From assembly GCF_006345805.1 (NCBI RefSeq), contig NC_043020.1:9362001-9426000 (forward strand): 64,000 bases of DNA, given 5' to 3'. Below, piece by piece: positions 49,665 through 63,854 of the stretch. The position numbers and the translations under genes were made by a program. Source of the stretch: Octopus sinensis. Taxonomy: Eukaryota. The notes beneath the pieces are model-generated. The model saw nothing but the letters and a program-made list of their open reading frames with translations. It had not been told where the DNA came from and made no database searches. The stretch's first letter is position 1, and each line of letters starts with the position of its first letter.

Positions 49665-49995
49665 GCTTCATGTACCTTTGCATGTCGTTTAAGACCTCCT
49701 GCCAAATTACACTCTCTTCCACATACCTGACACATATGATTAGTATGGTGTGTTACGCCACCACCAGTGGCCAGGTTGTCACTCATCTGTCTCGCTTTAT
49801 GACTACGAAGATGACTCTTGAGTCCAGCTTTACTGAGGCAGGGTCTTGCACAGACATTGCATGTCGGCATCATAGGAAGACCATTCCCATCTGGAAGTGT
49901 AACAGCGATGCCCTTCCTGACATCCCTCCTTACTTTCTCATGAGTAACTCGAGATTTCTCAAAAGTAGCTGTCCCCTCATGCACAATCCCTCTCC
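49665..49995 (-). mobile_element. RTE-type LINE C-terminal fragment with two C2H2-like fingers
   Basis: RWR..VHEGTATFE..R..HEK.RR..RK then CNVCARPCLSKAGLKSHLRSH and CQVCGRECNLAGGLKRHAKVH, typical of RTE ORF C-termini. Confidence 0.6.
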
Positions 49996-50018
49996 ACCTG
50001 CTATATATATATATATAT

Positions 50019-50390
50019 ATCACCATCATCGTTTAACGTCCGCTTTCCATGCTAGCATGAGTTGGACGGTTCAACTGGGTTCTGGGAAGCCAGAAGGCTG
50101 CACCAGGCCCAGTCTGATCTGGCAGTGTTTCTACAGCTGGATGCCCTTCCTAACGCCAACCACTCTGTGAGTGTAGTGGGTGCTTTTTACATGCCACCGG
50201 CACAGGTGCCAGACGAGGCTGGCAAACGGCCATGATCGGATGGTGATTTTTACATGCCACCGGCACAGAGACCAGACGAAGCTGACTACAGCCACGTTCA
50301 GATGGTTCTCTTACGTGCCACCGGCACTGGTATCACAGCTACAAATTCCCCTGATGTTTATAGATTACGATTTTGATTTTGATTTTCAGT
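50019..50390 (-). mobile_element. 5'-truncated RTE 3' UTR copy
   Basis: Reverse complement of the LINE 3' UTR, with a CCATGCTAGCATG hairpin and a GAT-type tail. Confidence 0.8.
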
Positions 50391-50394
50391 GCCC

Positions 50395-53300
50395 GGTGTC
50401 GTTTTGCCCCTCTGTTATCACCATGTCTCTCTCCCTCCCTCTCTCTCTCTCTCTCTCTCTCTGCGGTGTCGTTTTCTTCCTCTGTTATCGCTGTCTCTCT
50501 CTCTGTATATATTTCACTTTCACTCGCTGCCACAGGCTTAGCCAATACGCTCTGCCTTCTACTCATACCTCCGCACCCCCTCCCCTATAAAACCCTACGC
50601 ACGAGGCTTGACCGCCCCTTATTATTACTTCTCTCCTGGCTATAACACACGAAATACGAACCGCAGGATGATGAAAAATATCAGCTAAGTCATATTTAAG
50701 TTCACGACCTGTCCCTCTTTTCATTGTTTTTGCAAGTATTATTATCACCATCAAGCCTTATTATTGTGTCCCCATATATTATCGTTATCGTTGTCCTTCG
50801 TCTCAAATGCTAGCTGAAGCATATAAACTTTCGCTCACAAAAACTTATTCACACGACCGCAAAAACATCTCGTCTCAAATCTGGTCTTTCTGTCGCTTAA
50901 TTCTCTAACCCATCTTTCCCAACATCCACTCATAGAAACTTATGCACACGACCGCAAACCTTTCCATCTCAAATCTTGTCTTTCTTACTGCCGCCTAAAT
51001 CTCGTCTTCTCCCAGTGCGCGGTGCACCCGCCCTCACCACCAGTACCGGAAGTCCTTATCTCACCTTGCCTTCCTTTGCTTTTCTTCCATGAACACCTAA
51101 AGGCCTTAAACCAATACCACCCCTTCTATATATGGTGGTGACCATACGGCGCAAAAACATGTTAGTGCAGTGTAACAGGTTGAACTTAAGTTCGTTGCTT
51201 TGCTTATGAATTCTGCCAAATGCGAGTTTTCTTCTTCTTTTCAGGTACATGACGCCACTGCTCCCCATCCCTGGGCCTCTCGGGTCAATACCTTCCACAC
51301 CCTCAGGGTGGGCACCCTCAACGTTGGCACACTGAAAGGTAGGTCTGGCGAGATAGTCGAGATGCTTGAACGGAGACGTGTTGATGTATGTTGTATGCAA
51401 GAAATAAGGTGGAGAGGAGGATCTGCTAGGTTCCTCACAGGCAAGGAACACAGGTACAAGATTTTCTGGGCAGGGAACACTGACGGGGTTGGTGGCATGG
51501 GTATACTTATCACTGAGAAATGGATAGATAGAGTAATTGAGGTAATCAGAGTAAGTGACAGAATACTTAAGATTAGAATGGTGCTTCATAATAGATTAGC
51601 AACCATTATATCGGCCTATGCCCCTCAGCCAGGGCTACCTGATGGACAGAAAGACAGTTTCTATGACACCCTACTGCAGACCACCTCATTGACGAACGAC
51701 AGGGACCTTCTCTTTGTGGCTGGTGATTTCAATGGGCATGTTGGACGACATGCTGGGGGCTTCCATGGCGTACATGGAGGCTACGGTTATGGTTCCCGCA
51801 ACGAGGAGGGAACCAGGCTGCTGGAGTTCTGCGATGCGAATAGTCTTATGGTCTGCAACACTAACTTCAGGAAACCAACAAGCCACCTGGTCACCTACCG
51901 ATCGGGCCGGCATACTAGCCAAATCGACTACATCTTTGCCAGAAAAAGGGAAAGATGGCTGCTTATAAATGCCAAAACCTTCCCAAGCGAAGAATGCACC
52001 CCACAACATAGACTGGTAGTTAGTGACTTTAGGATCAGGACTAAGAGGGCGACTAGAAGACGACCAACATGGAGAAGAAGGGTCTGGAAGCTTAAAGACC
52101 CTGCGAATGGACAGAGATTTAGAGATATGTTACTTGAAGCCTTTGACGAAGTGGAAGGAGGTATAGCTACACATGGGGTAGAAGACAACTGGACGTTTCT
52201 GAGGGACAACCTGCTGAAAGCCGCTGACCAGATCTGTGGCTGGTGCAAAGTCCCCTTAAGACCCAAAATAACGTGGTGGTGGAACAATATTGTTGACAGG
52301 GCTATTAGACAAAAGAAACAGGCTTGGAAGGCCTGGAAGAACGGTGGTAGCAGGGAAGTGTATCAGACTGCCAGAAGGGAAGCTAGGAGACATGTCTATC
52401 TAGCCAGAGGGGAAGCAGATAAGAGAAAATTTGCCAATGTCCTACGCCGTGAGGATGAAAGACTTGAGGTATTTCGTGTTGCAAGACAGTGTGTGAGAGA
52501 GAATCGTGATGTGGTGGGAGAGAAATGTGTTCGCATGGAGGATGGTTCACTTGCGCTAAATGAGGATGCAAAGAGAGAAGCTTGGAGACGCCACTATGAA
52601 AGGTTGCTGAATGAGGAAAATGAATGGGATAAAGAGAGTCTGCCGAATGTTGACCCAACAGAGGGACCAGCTATCCGAGTTGATAGTTCCGTGGTAGCTA
52701 AGGCAATTAGAAGCATGAAGACAGGGAAAGCCCCAGGCCCATCAGGAATTACTGCAGAGATGCTCAAAATATCTGGTAGTGTCGGCTATAGCATAGTCAC
52801 CCGTATAGTTAACCAGGTGATACACGAAGGAGTCATACCCAATGACTGGTGTAGCAGCATAATAGTCAACTGCTACAAAGGTAAAGGCGATGCCCTAGAT
52901 ACAAATAACTACAGGGGCATCAAGCTGTTGGATCAGGTAATGAAGGTTACGGAGAGGGTTATAGCCCAGTTAATTAGAGAGAGAGTTAGCTTAGATGATA
53001 TGCAGTTTGGGTTCATGCCAGGGAAAAGTACTACTGATGCTATATTCCTGGTAAGACAGCTGCAGGAGAAATACCTAGCCAAAGGTAGGCCCTTGTACCT
53101 GGCTTTTGTTGACTTGGAGAAAGCCTTTGACAGGGTCCCCCGATCCCTTATCTGGTGGTCAATGAGGAAACTAGGGATAGATGAATGGTTAGTGAGAGCT
53201 GTGCGAGCCATGTACAGAGACGCTGCTAGTAAGGTGAGGGTTGGCAACGAGTACAGTGAAGAATTCCGGGTAGAGGTTGGGGTCCACCAAGGTTCAGTCC

Positions 53301-55345
53301 TCAGCCCCCTCCTATTTATCATAGTCCTCCAGGCAATAACGGAAGAATTTAAGACAGGATGCCCCTGGGAGCTCCTCTATGCTGATGACCTTGCTCTAAT
53401 TGCTGAGTCACTATCAGAACTGGAGGAGAAGTTTCAGGTGTGGAAACAAGGATTAGAATCGAAGGGCCTTAGAATCAATCTAGCTAAAACCAAAGTCCTA
53501 ATAAGTAGGAAGGTGGACCAACCACAAACGCTCGATCTGTAAAAAAGGTGTAGGTAGAAACTCTATAAGGTGCACCAAGTGTGAGCTATGGACACATAAG
53601 AGGTGCAGCAATGTCAAAGATAGGCTAACTGGGAAGATAGTTTTCGTATATGTGGCAGATGCTCAGGAGAAATAAACACTGGAAATGTGCAGAGACCAAC
53701 TTCTACCACGTTCCAGGGAGACAAACTAGAAGTAGTTGATAGCTTCCGCTACCTAGGAGACCAAGTCAGTAGCGGGGGTGGGTGTGCTGAAAGTGTAACT
53801 GCTAGAGTAAGAATAGCCTGGGCAAAGTTTAGAGAGCTCTTACCCCTGCTGGTGACAAAAGGCCTCTCGCTCAGAGTAAAAGGCAGACTTTATGATGCAT
53901 GTGTACGTACAGCCATGCTACATGGTAGTGAAACATGGGCCGTGACTGCTGAGGATATGCGTAAGCTCGCAAGAAATGAAGCCAGTATGCTCCGATGGAT
54001 GTGTAATGTCAGTGTTCATAATCGTCAGAGTGTAAGTACCTTGAGAGAAAAGTTGAACCTAAGAAGCGTCAGTTGTGGTGTGCAAGAGAGACGGCTGCGC
54101 TGGTATGGTCATGTGACGAGAATGGCTGAAGATAGTTGTGTGCAAAAGTGCTACACCCTAGCAGTTGAGGGAACCTGTGGAAGAGGTAGACCCAGGAAAA
54201 CCTGGGACGAAGTGGTGAAGCACGACCTACGAACTTTAGATCTCACCAAGGAAATGACTAGAGACCGAGACCTATGGAAGTATGCTGTGCATGAGAAGAC
54301 CCGCAAGACTAGTCAGGCCATAACCCGTGGCCCCTACCTGGGACGTAGTCAGTCCACCTGTGCATACCTTCCTTCTTGTGACACTTGTGAAGACCTGTTG
54401 AGGCAAGTGAAAATCAAACAAAATCAAAATAGATGAACATCAATGGAATTTGTATCTTTGTGGTACCAGTGCCGGTGGCACACAAGAAAACCATCCGAAC
54501 GTGGCCGTAGCCAGTACCGCACCGACTGGCCTCCATGCTGTGGGCACGTAACAATCACCATCCAATCGTGGCCGATCGCCAGCCTAATCTGGTTCCTGTG
54601 TCGGTGGCACATAAAAACACCATCCGAGCATGGTCGTCTGCTAGCCTTGTCTGGCACCTGTGTCGGTGGCACATAAAAACACCATCCGAGCGTGGCCGTT
54701 CGCCAGCCTCGTCTGGCACCTGTGTCGGTGGCACATAAAAAACACCATCCGAGCGTGGTCGTCTGCTAGCCTTGTCTGGCACCTGTGTCGGTGGTACATA
54801 AAAACACCATCCGAGCATGGCCGTTCGCCAGCCTCGTCTGGCACCTGTGTCGGTGGCACATAAAAAACACCATCCGAGCGTGGTCGTCTGCTAGCCTTGT
54901 CTGGCACCTGTGTCGGTGGTACATAAAAACACCATCCGAGCATGGCCGTTCGCCAGCCTCGTCTGGCACCTGTGACGGTGGGACATAAAAACACCATCCG
55001 AGCATGGTCGTCTGCTAGCCTTCTCTGACACCTGTGTCGGTGGCACATAAAAACACCATCCGAGCGTGGCCGTTCGCCAGCTTCGTCTGGCACCTGTGTT
55101 GGTGGCACATAAAAACACCATCCGAGCGTGGCCGTTCGCCAGCCTCGTCTGGCACCTGTGTCGGTGGCACAGAAAATCACCCACTACACTCTCGGAGTGG
55201 TTGGCGTTAGGAAAGGCATCCAGCTGTAGAAACACTGCCAGATCTGACTGGCCTGGTGCAGCCTTCGGGCTCCCCAGACCCCAGTTGAACTGTCCAACCC
55301 ATGCTAGCATGGAAAGCGGACGTTAAATGATGATGATGATGATGA
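50395..55345 (+). mobile_element. Near full-length RTE-clade LINE (APE + RT + PHD-like finger), two frameshifts
   Basis: ORF parts 51200-53542 and 53687-54436: LNVGTL, QEIRW, GDFNGHVG, SQIDY; NYRGIKLL, DLEKAFD, GVHQGSVLSP, YADD. About 1-kb 3' UTR ending CCATGCTAGCATGG...(GAT)n. The 5' boundary is uncertain. Confidence 0.9.
54590..55170 (+). repeat. About 62-bp VNTR in the LINE 3' UTR
   Basis: Nine units alternating two variants. Confidence 0.9.
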
Positions 55346-57030
<1,685 letters not shown>

Positions 57031-57045
57031 TGTATTTGTGTGTGT

Positions 57046-57350
57046 GTGGAGGCGCTATGGCCTAGTGGTTAGGGCAGCAGACTCGCGGTCGTAGGATCGC
57101 GGTTTCGATTCCCAGACTGGGTGTTGTGAGTGTTTATTGAGCGAAAACACCTAAAAGCTCCACAAGACTCCGGCAGGGGATGGTGGTGATCCCTGCTGTA
57201 CTCTTTCACCACTCTTTCTCCCACTCTTTCTTCTGTTGGCCTGCTCGCTTAGCCAGCAGGGTGGCGTCATTCGAAGGCTAAAACAATGCGAACGCATTGT
57301 GACCAGCGATGTGTAGCTACATCTGATGGACCGGTCGGTCACGTGATGGT
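57046..57350 (+). mobile_element. SINE family C head with a different 3' body
   Basis: GGAGGCGCTATGGCCTAGTGGTTAGGGCAGCAGACTCGCGG head; diverges from the other copies after about 57215. Confidence 0.7.
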
Positions 57351-58002
57351 GATGATATATATATATATGCAATCAAAATAAACAACAAGAATAAATACCA
57401 CATTCATTTGAATCTAAATTCTGCTGAACTTATATATATTTTCAAAAATTGAAATTTTACAAATTTTTTTCAGAATCGTAATCTTCGTATTTTTTCTACG
57501 TATTTCACAAAAAAAAAAAAAAAAATTACGGAGAAAGTGAAAAATGAAGGGAGGTGGTGGTGGGTGGGGAGTGTAATAGAAATTTTGAAAATTTCTTTTT
57601 CAGAATTGGATCGTCCATAACCAAAAACGTGGGAATCCGTAAGAAGAAAAAAAAAATCAATATATAAATCCATTTTACCGGAAGTTACGACGGAAAAATC
57701 GGATCTTGAGAATTTTCCGAAAGTCCTCTCCCCACCCCACCAGGGTCGTCTACACGCATTTTTTTTTTTTTGTTCCATATTCGTTTTCTACATATTTGTT
57801 AACACCCAGCAGGCTGGTTTATTTATTTATTTTTTCTTCCCGGCTGAAGAATTTTATATTAATCCTAAAACATAGGGAAAAAATTTTTCCGAAAAAGTTC
57901 AAAATTTTAAATCGTAGGGGGAGTGGGGGATTCAATTTTTTTTTTTTTTTTTTGCATATTCGTAATCTCCGATATCTAAAACGTAGGAATCCGAAAAAAA
58001 TT

Positions 58003-58272
58003 GGCGATCTTTCGTCTCTAGTAGACCTTTCCGTCGATTACACAACATACTGTCTGTCTCCCACACCCCATTAAACACACACACACACACACATGTACAT
58101 CAATGCTTCCCATGCACGGTAACTTCAAAAGAACTTCCCTCGTCATACAATCGCTTTCTCATAATCTCTTTCGCTCTCATTACTTCAAAAGTTCCCGCAA
58201 GCCCATATGTAAAAAAAAAAAAATTTTTTTACGAAAATCGACGGAAAGGTCTACTAGAGACGAAAGATTGCC
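58003..58272. mobile_element. MITE family A, internally deleted
   Basis: GGCGATCTTTCG...CGAAAGATTGCC. Confidence 0.75.
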
Positions 58273-58504
58273 AAAATTTTTTTCAAAAAAAATGCATTTT
58301 TCAAGGAGAGCTGCGAAACTGCATTAGCCACCCCACCCCGTTAAGTCAATATTTCGGGGACCCTTGTATCCCACTAGTACCCCATCCTCATCTGCACTCC
58401 CTACTTTCCTTGTAACATGTACATTATGCAAAATAAATCTGTTTTTCTAACACGTATAACCCACCCATTACTAGCCTGAAAATCTGGTGCGTAACCGTCT
58501 CCGG

Positions 58505-59263
58505 AGAGTGAAACAAACTTCTCGCCTTTGTTTGCACTGAGAAAAGGTTTTCTATTTTGCTTTGTTTTTTATAACTGACTAGCAGTATCGCCCGGCGTTG
58601 CTCGGGGAAATAACTATATAAGCATTTTTAGAGAGTTATAGCCAAAAAATAGCAAAAAAATGCATCAAAAATGGAAAAAAAATTATGGTAATTTTTTTAA
58701 AAATCGTTGACTCATCGTAGACATTTTTAGAGAGTTACTTCCCTTATATAATAGCGAAAAAATGCATTAAAATGGAAAAAAATTATGGTAAATTTTTTTT
58801 TTAATCGTAGACTCATCATAGACGCGCGCTAATACCCAGAAGGGCTCGATATGAATCACGACTATAAGATACCCGGTTTTGGTTAAACTGCACCGCAAAA
58901 TGTGGGAGTAGTTAGGAATCTAAATCGTAGGAGACAGACAGCACACAACTTCTCTTTTATATATAAAGATATTGAATCTTCCATCCACATGAATAACAAT
59001 TTCTTCATTTCATGAATGGGGCCTGTCATTGTTTGGTTAAAATTGCAGACTTCGTAGGTGCAGAACCTTTCACAGCTTCAAGAATTCTTTCTTTGTCCTT
59101 GCGTGTATCGTCGATACCGTGGAACGCGATAACTCCAGGTCAATGCTATTTGTATTCAAATTCTTTCCACCTTATCATACTGCCAGATAATCTTCATTTT
59201 ACAGTCTAAATCAATAGCCTTCTTCCTTAACTTCTTAACTGGCGCATCTGTAGACGAAAACAT
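58505..59263 (-). pseudogene. Tigger/pogo transposase N-terminal (CENP-B-type HTH) fragment split by a Helitron
   Basis: Across frameshifts: KKLRKKAIDLDCKMKII...LELSRSTVSTI..KDKERILEAVKGSAP.KS...TGPIHEMKKLLFMWMED, then VQTKARSLF beyond the Helitron. Confidence 0.7.
58579..58969 (-). mobile_element. Non-autonomous Helitron
   Basis: A|TCTTTATATATAAAAG...GCAACGCCGGGCGATACTGCTAG|T. Confidence 0.85.
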
Positions 59264-59480
59264 TTTCCTTTTGACCGTCATTTTAGGATTATTTCAGACA
59301 CAGTTGTGCCAAATCCAAAGGCAACTGATACTTGAAAGCGACTGAGTGAGAGACAGTGGCAGGCAATAAGATACCTGTGTTGCCAGATGCTGCTATAGTT
59401 ATCGTACGCGCGGCAGCCCAACGTCCGAAAATCGATTTATTTATTTGTCTATAGTCGTTGGTATAAATCTATGTATTTAG

Positions 59481-59862
59481 GACGATCTTTCGTCTCTAGT
59501 AGACCTTTCCGTCGATTTCCGTAAAATTTTTTTTTTTTTTTACATATGGGCTTGCGGGAACTTTTGAAGTGATATACATACATATACACATACACCGAGT
59601 AAAAAATTTCAGTTATCTCTCTCTTTCACACATTACTCTGTCTGTCTCTTCACACACACTAACAGAAGCACTTCACTTACACAACATACTGTCTGTCTCC
59701 CACACCCCCATCAAACACACACATGTACATCAATGCTTCACCTGGACGGTAACTTCAAAAGAACTTCCCTCGTCATACAATTGCTTTCTCTTAGTCTCTT
59801 TCGCTCTCATTACTTCAAAATCGGAAATCGACGGAAAGGTCTACTAGAGACGAAAGATTGCC
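59481..59862. mobile_element. MITE family A (Merlin-like) with perfect 8-bp TSD
   Basis: GTATTTAG on both sides. Confidence 0.85.
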
Positions 59863-61230
59863 GTATTTAGATTTAACGCCCCTCTCTAAAAAAAAAAAAA
59901 ACGAACCACAACCAACAGGGGACCCTTGTATTCCACTAGTACCCTTATCTACCCTATCCTCATCTGCACTCCCTAATTCCCTTGCGACATGTACATTTTA
60001 TGCAAAGTAAATGGGTTTTTTTTTAAATGTATAACCCACCCATTACTAGCCAGAACGTTTAAAAATTTTTTTCAATAACTATTTGAATTACAACTGTTTC
60101 AAAATATGGAAAATAAATAATAAGGAGGGTGGAATGGCGAAGGTTTGGAATAGGTTGCCCATATAACTTGGATCTTCTCCGTTTTGACAACATTTTGGTT
60201 TGCTATATGACCATCCAGTTCGCTATAAAATGGGTTCACTTAGCGGAGATGTAAACGGAACCCCTAATCTCCATAGCCTAAAACGTGGGATTCCGTAAAA
60301 AAAAAAAAAAATTTAAGGGGGAAGGGTTCCGTTTACATCTCCGCCATATGAGCCGCAAAATGTATGAAGTAGGGGGCTTTTAATTTTTTTTTTTTATTTA
60401 TTCCTATCGCGGTGCCCCCTTCAGGACGGACATTTCATTTTTTTTCCCTTTATTTTTCTTTTTGACTACGCACTTAAAAACGATGGGAGATATATGCCTT
60501 TTCGAAATCCATGAAAAATCCATCAATTTGGAAGTTGCTCCCCGCCGCAACAGCGATCACCATTATAATTATAATTCTTTCGCACCCACCTTTCTCTCTC
60601 TTTTTTTTTTTTTTTTAAAACAGAAAATTAAGAGAATTTTATATATTTGTGGTGCAAGATTTTTTTATGTGAAGTTGTGTGTTGAAACAGATATTGTTAT
60701 ATTTCGGAATGGTCATTTTGGGTACTTGTATGCGTGTGCGCAAACCGGGACCACTCTGCGATACAAGTACCGTCATTTTGCCAGTTTAGCCAATAAAAAA
60801 AAAAACACGCACTATATATATTTGGTGTTACTTTGCTTCAGTGTTATTTATTTTTTTTTACATTAATCTTAATCTTATATTTCGGACAGAGTTCTTTTTA
60901 TCACACTCCGAAATAAGATTAAGATTAATGTAAAAAAAATAAATAAATAACACTGAAGCAAATTAACACCAAATATATATAGTGCGTGTTTTTTTTTTAT
61001 TGGCTCAACTGGAAAAAAATGACCATTCCGAAATTGTTATATTTCGGAATTAAGAGAATTTATTTTTTTTCCATCAACAACAAAAAAAGTGGATTTAAAA
61101 ACAATATTGAAACTATGCATTTGATCGCTATAAGCAAATCAATTGTGCAGCTTCCTCTGACAGAAACTGCAGAACTGCCTTTCTTGGACTAGGAGAGAGA
61201 CTGTCTTGAAAGAAACCTTTATTAACTTAC

Positions 61231-61450
61231 CGTTTTCAGGTGTAAACTGTGAATCAGATGGTTATAGGTTTTTACCAAACTACTAAGGAAAACATCTGAT
61301 TGCCAGAATGGGGGTTTACCAACGTTTTATCGACATAATTCTGCACCAACATTCAAGAGACTGCTCTGTAAAAATGTTCGACAGTAAAATCTTAATTACA
61401 ATGAACAAGCGAAGCTGAGTTTATACTTCAGCCGCAGTTTCGATGTCGAA
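61231..61450 (-). other. Putative non-coding first exon of ZNF-3
   Basis: AAAACG|GTAAGT donor at 61231/61230; homologous to the other two first exons; no other ZNF ORF lies between it and ZNF-3. Confidence 0.6.
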
Positions 61451-61519
61451 TATTACATACAACCTCAGTGGTAATCTCCCCTTGGAAGTAACACGAGTTC
61501 ACAAGTGTAATGAAGATCT

Positions 61520-63100
61520 GATTTTTCGGTTTGAACGGCAGTTTTTTAAAAATAATTTCCACGTAACTAAACACTTTGGCGATCTTTCGTCTCTAGTAGA
61601 CCTTTCTGTCGATTTCCGTAAAAATTTTTTTTTTTTACATATGGGCTTGCGGGAACTTTTGAAGTAATATACATACATATACACATACACCGAGTAAAAA
61701 ATTTCAGTTATCTCTTTCTCTCACACATTACTCTGTCTCTTCACACACACTAACAGAAGCACTTCACTTACACAACATACTGTCTGTCTCCCACACCCCA
61801 TCAAACGCACACACACACACACATATACATCAATGCTCCCATGCACGGTAACTTCAAAAGAACTTCCCTCGTCATACAATCGCTATCTCTTAGTCTCTTT
61901 CGCTCTCATTACTTCCCGCAAGCCCATATGTAAAAAAAAAAAAAAAATTTTATGGAAATCGACGGAAAGGTCTACTAGAGACGAAAGATTGGTCTACTAG
62001 AGACGAAAGATCGCCAACACTTTTAAACTTCGTATACTGGTAGAATGTGTTTATAAAACATCTTTTTCTCTTGGCTTTATTGAGAAAATTCTACAGTTTG
62101 TAAGATATTTGTTGTTTTTCTTCAATTTCTGCAATTTCAACCAATCAATGACGTCTATTGAGGTAAAAAAAAAAAACATTCTGTGCCGTATGAATATGTC
62201 CCTCGTTTAAGAAACAGATTGGGTTTATTTACATTTCTGAAGGAAAAAGATACCCTTCACCCTTACCCTAACTATCCCTTACTAACCCTAACCCTAAAAC
62301 ATTGAAATGCAATAGATTGATACTAGGGTCATAATTATGGGTGACAATTTCATTTAAAAATAATTTCCACGTAACTAAACACTTTTAAACTTCGTATACT
62401 GGTAGAATGTGTTTATAAAACATTTTTTTCTCTTGGCTTTATTGAGAAAATTCTATCATTTGTAAGATATTTGTTGTTGTTTTTCTTCAATTTCTGCAAT
62501 TTCAACCAATCAATGACGTCTATTGAGGTAAAAAAAAACATTCTGTGCCGTATGAATATGTCCTTCGTTTAAGAAACAGAGGATCTTTTCGGTTTGAACG
62601 GCAGTTTTTTAAAAATAATTTCCACGTAACTAAACACTTTTAAACTTCGTATACTGCTAGAATGTGTTTATAAAACATTTTTTTACTCTTGGCTTTATTG
62701 AGAAAATTCTATAGTTTGTAAGATATTTGTTGTTGTTTTTCTTCAATTTCTGCAATTTCAACCAATCAATGACGTCTATTGAGGTAAAAAAAATAATTTC
62801 CACGTAACTAAACACTTTTAAACTTCATATACTGGTAGAATGTGTTTATAAAACATCTTTTTCTCTTGGCTTTATTGAGAAAATTCTATAGTTTGTAAGA
62901 TATTTGTTGTTGTTTTTCTTCAATTTCTGCAATTTCAACCAATCAATGACGTCTATTGAGGTAAAAAAAAACAAAACATTCTGTGCCGTATGAATATATG
63001 TCCCTCGTTTAAGAAACAGATTGGGTAAATTTACATTTCTAAAGAAAAAAGATATCCTTCACCCTTACCCTAACTATCCCTTACTAACCCTAACCCTAAT
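61520..63100. repeat. Rearranged tandem array of MITE family B segments
   Basis: The block TAATTTCCACGTAACTAAACACTTTTAAACTTC...GACGTCTATTGAGG recurs 4 times. Confidence 0.8.
61578..62015. mobile_element. MITE family A nested in MITE family B
   Basis: Perfect 8-bp TSD AACACTTT. Confidence 0.85.
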
Positions 63101-63438
63101 ATATAAAATTATATTATACAGCCCTTCAACACTTGGACTACGACCATTGCCATGCTCCCTCTCAAATACTAGCCAACTCCATATAGCACTAGCAAAACTA
63201 GAGCAGGGTGGGAGCACCACTTTTGAGGTTTGCTGTAGGCAATATATATTTTTAGGTGTGTATGCATAAAATTATATTATATTGCCGTTCAACACTTGGC
63301 ATACAACCTCTACCCTGTTCCCTCTCATATACTAGCCAACCCCATATAGCACTAGTGTCGTGAAATGGGTGGTGGGCACCACTACTGGGTCTGTTGCAGG
63401 CAATATATTTTATGTGGGGGCCCAGGAATGGCAAACTG

Positions 63439-63854
63439 GGATCTTTTCGGTTTGAACGGCAGTTTTTACTAGCAGTGTCATATGAAATTGTCACCCGTAA
63501 TTATGACCCTAGTATCGATCTATTGCATTTCAATCTGTTTTAGGGTTAGGGGTGGGGGGGACGGGTTTCTTTTTTTCTTCAGAAATGTTAATAAACCCAA
63601 TCTGTTTCTTAAACGAGGGACATATATACATACGGCACAGAATGTTTTCACCTCAATAGACGTCCATTGATTGGTTGAAATTGCAGAAATTGAAGAAAAA
63701 ACAACAACAAATATCTTACAAACTATAGAATTTTCTCAATAGAGCCAAAAGAAAAAGATGTTATATAAACACATTCTACCAGTATACGAAGTTTAAAAGT
63801 GTTTAGTTACGTGGAAATTATTTTTAAAAACTGTTGTTCAAACCGGCAAGATCC
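63439..63854. mobile_element. MITE family B (Merlin-like) with perfect 8-bp TSD
   Basis: GCAAACTG|GGATCTTTTCGG...CCGGCAAGATCC|GCAAACTG. Confidence 0.82.

Noticed and set aside
51000-51060. HDV-like ribozyme at the RTE 5' end
   Set aside because: Expected from some RTE elements, but I could not build the nested pseudoknot by eye; a descriptor search would be needed.
51056-51589. 177-aa antisense ORF and other ORFs within the LINE
   Set aside because: They lie antisense to the APE/RT coding region and have no independent motifs.
54590-55170. 62-68 bp repeats (also 20500-21050) as a CRISPR array
   Set aside because: They are tandem VNTR units inside a LINE 3' UTR with no spacers.
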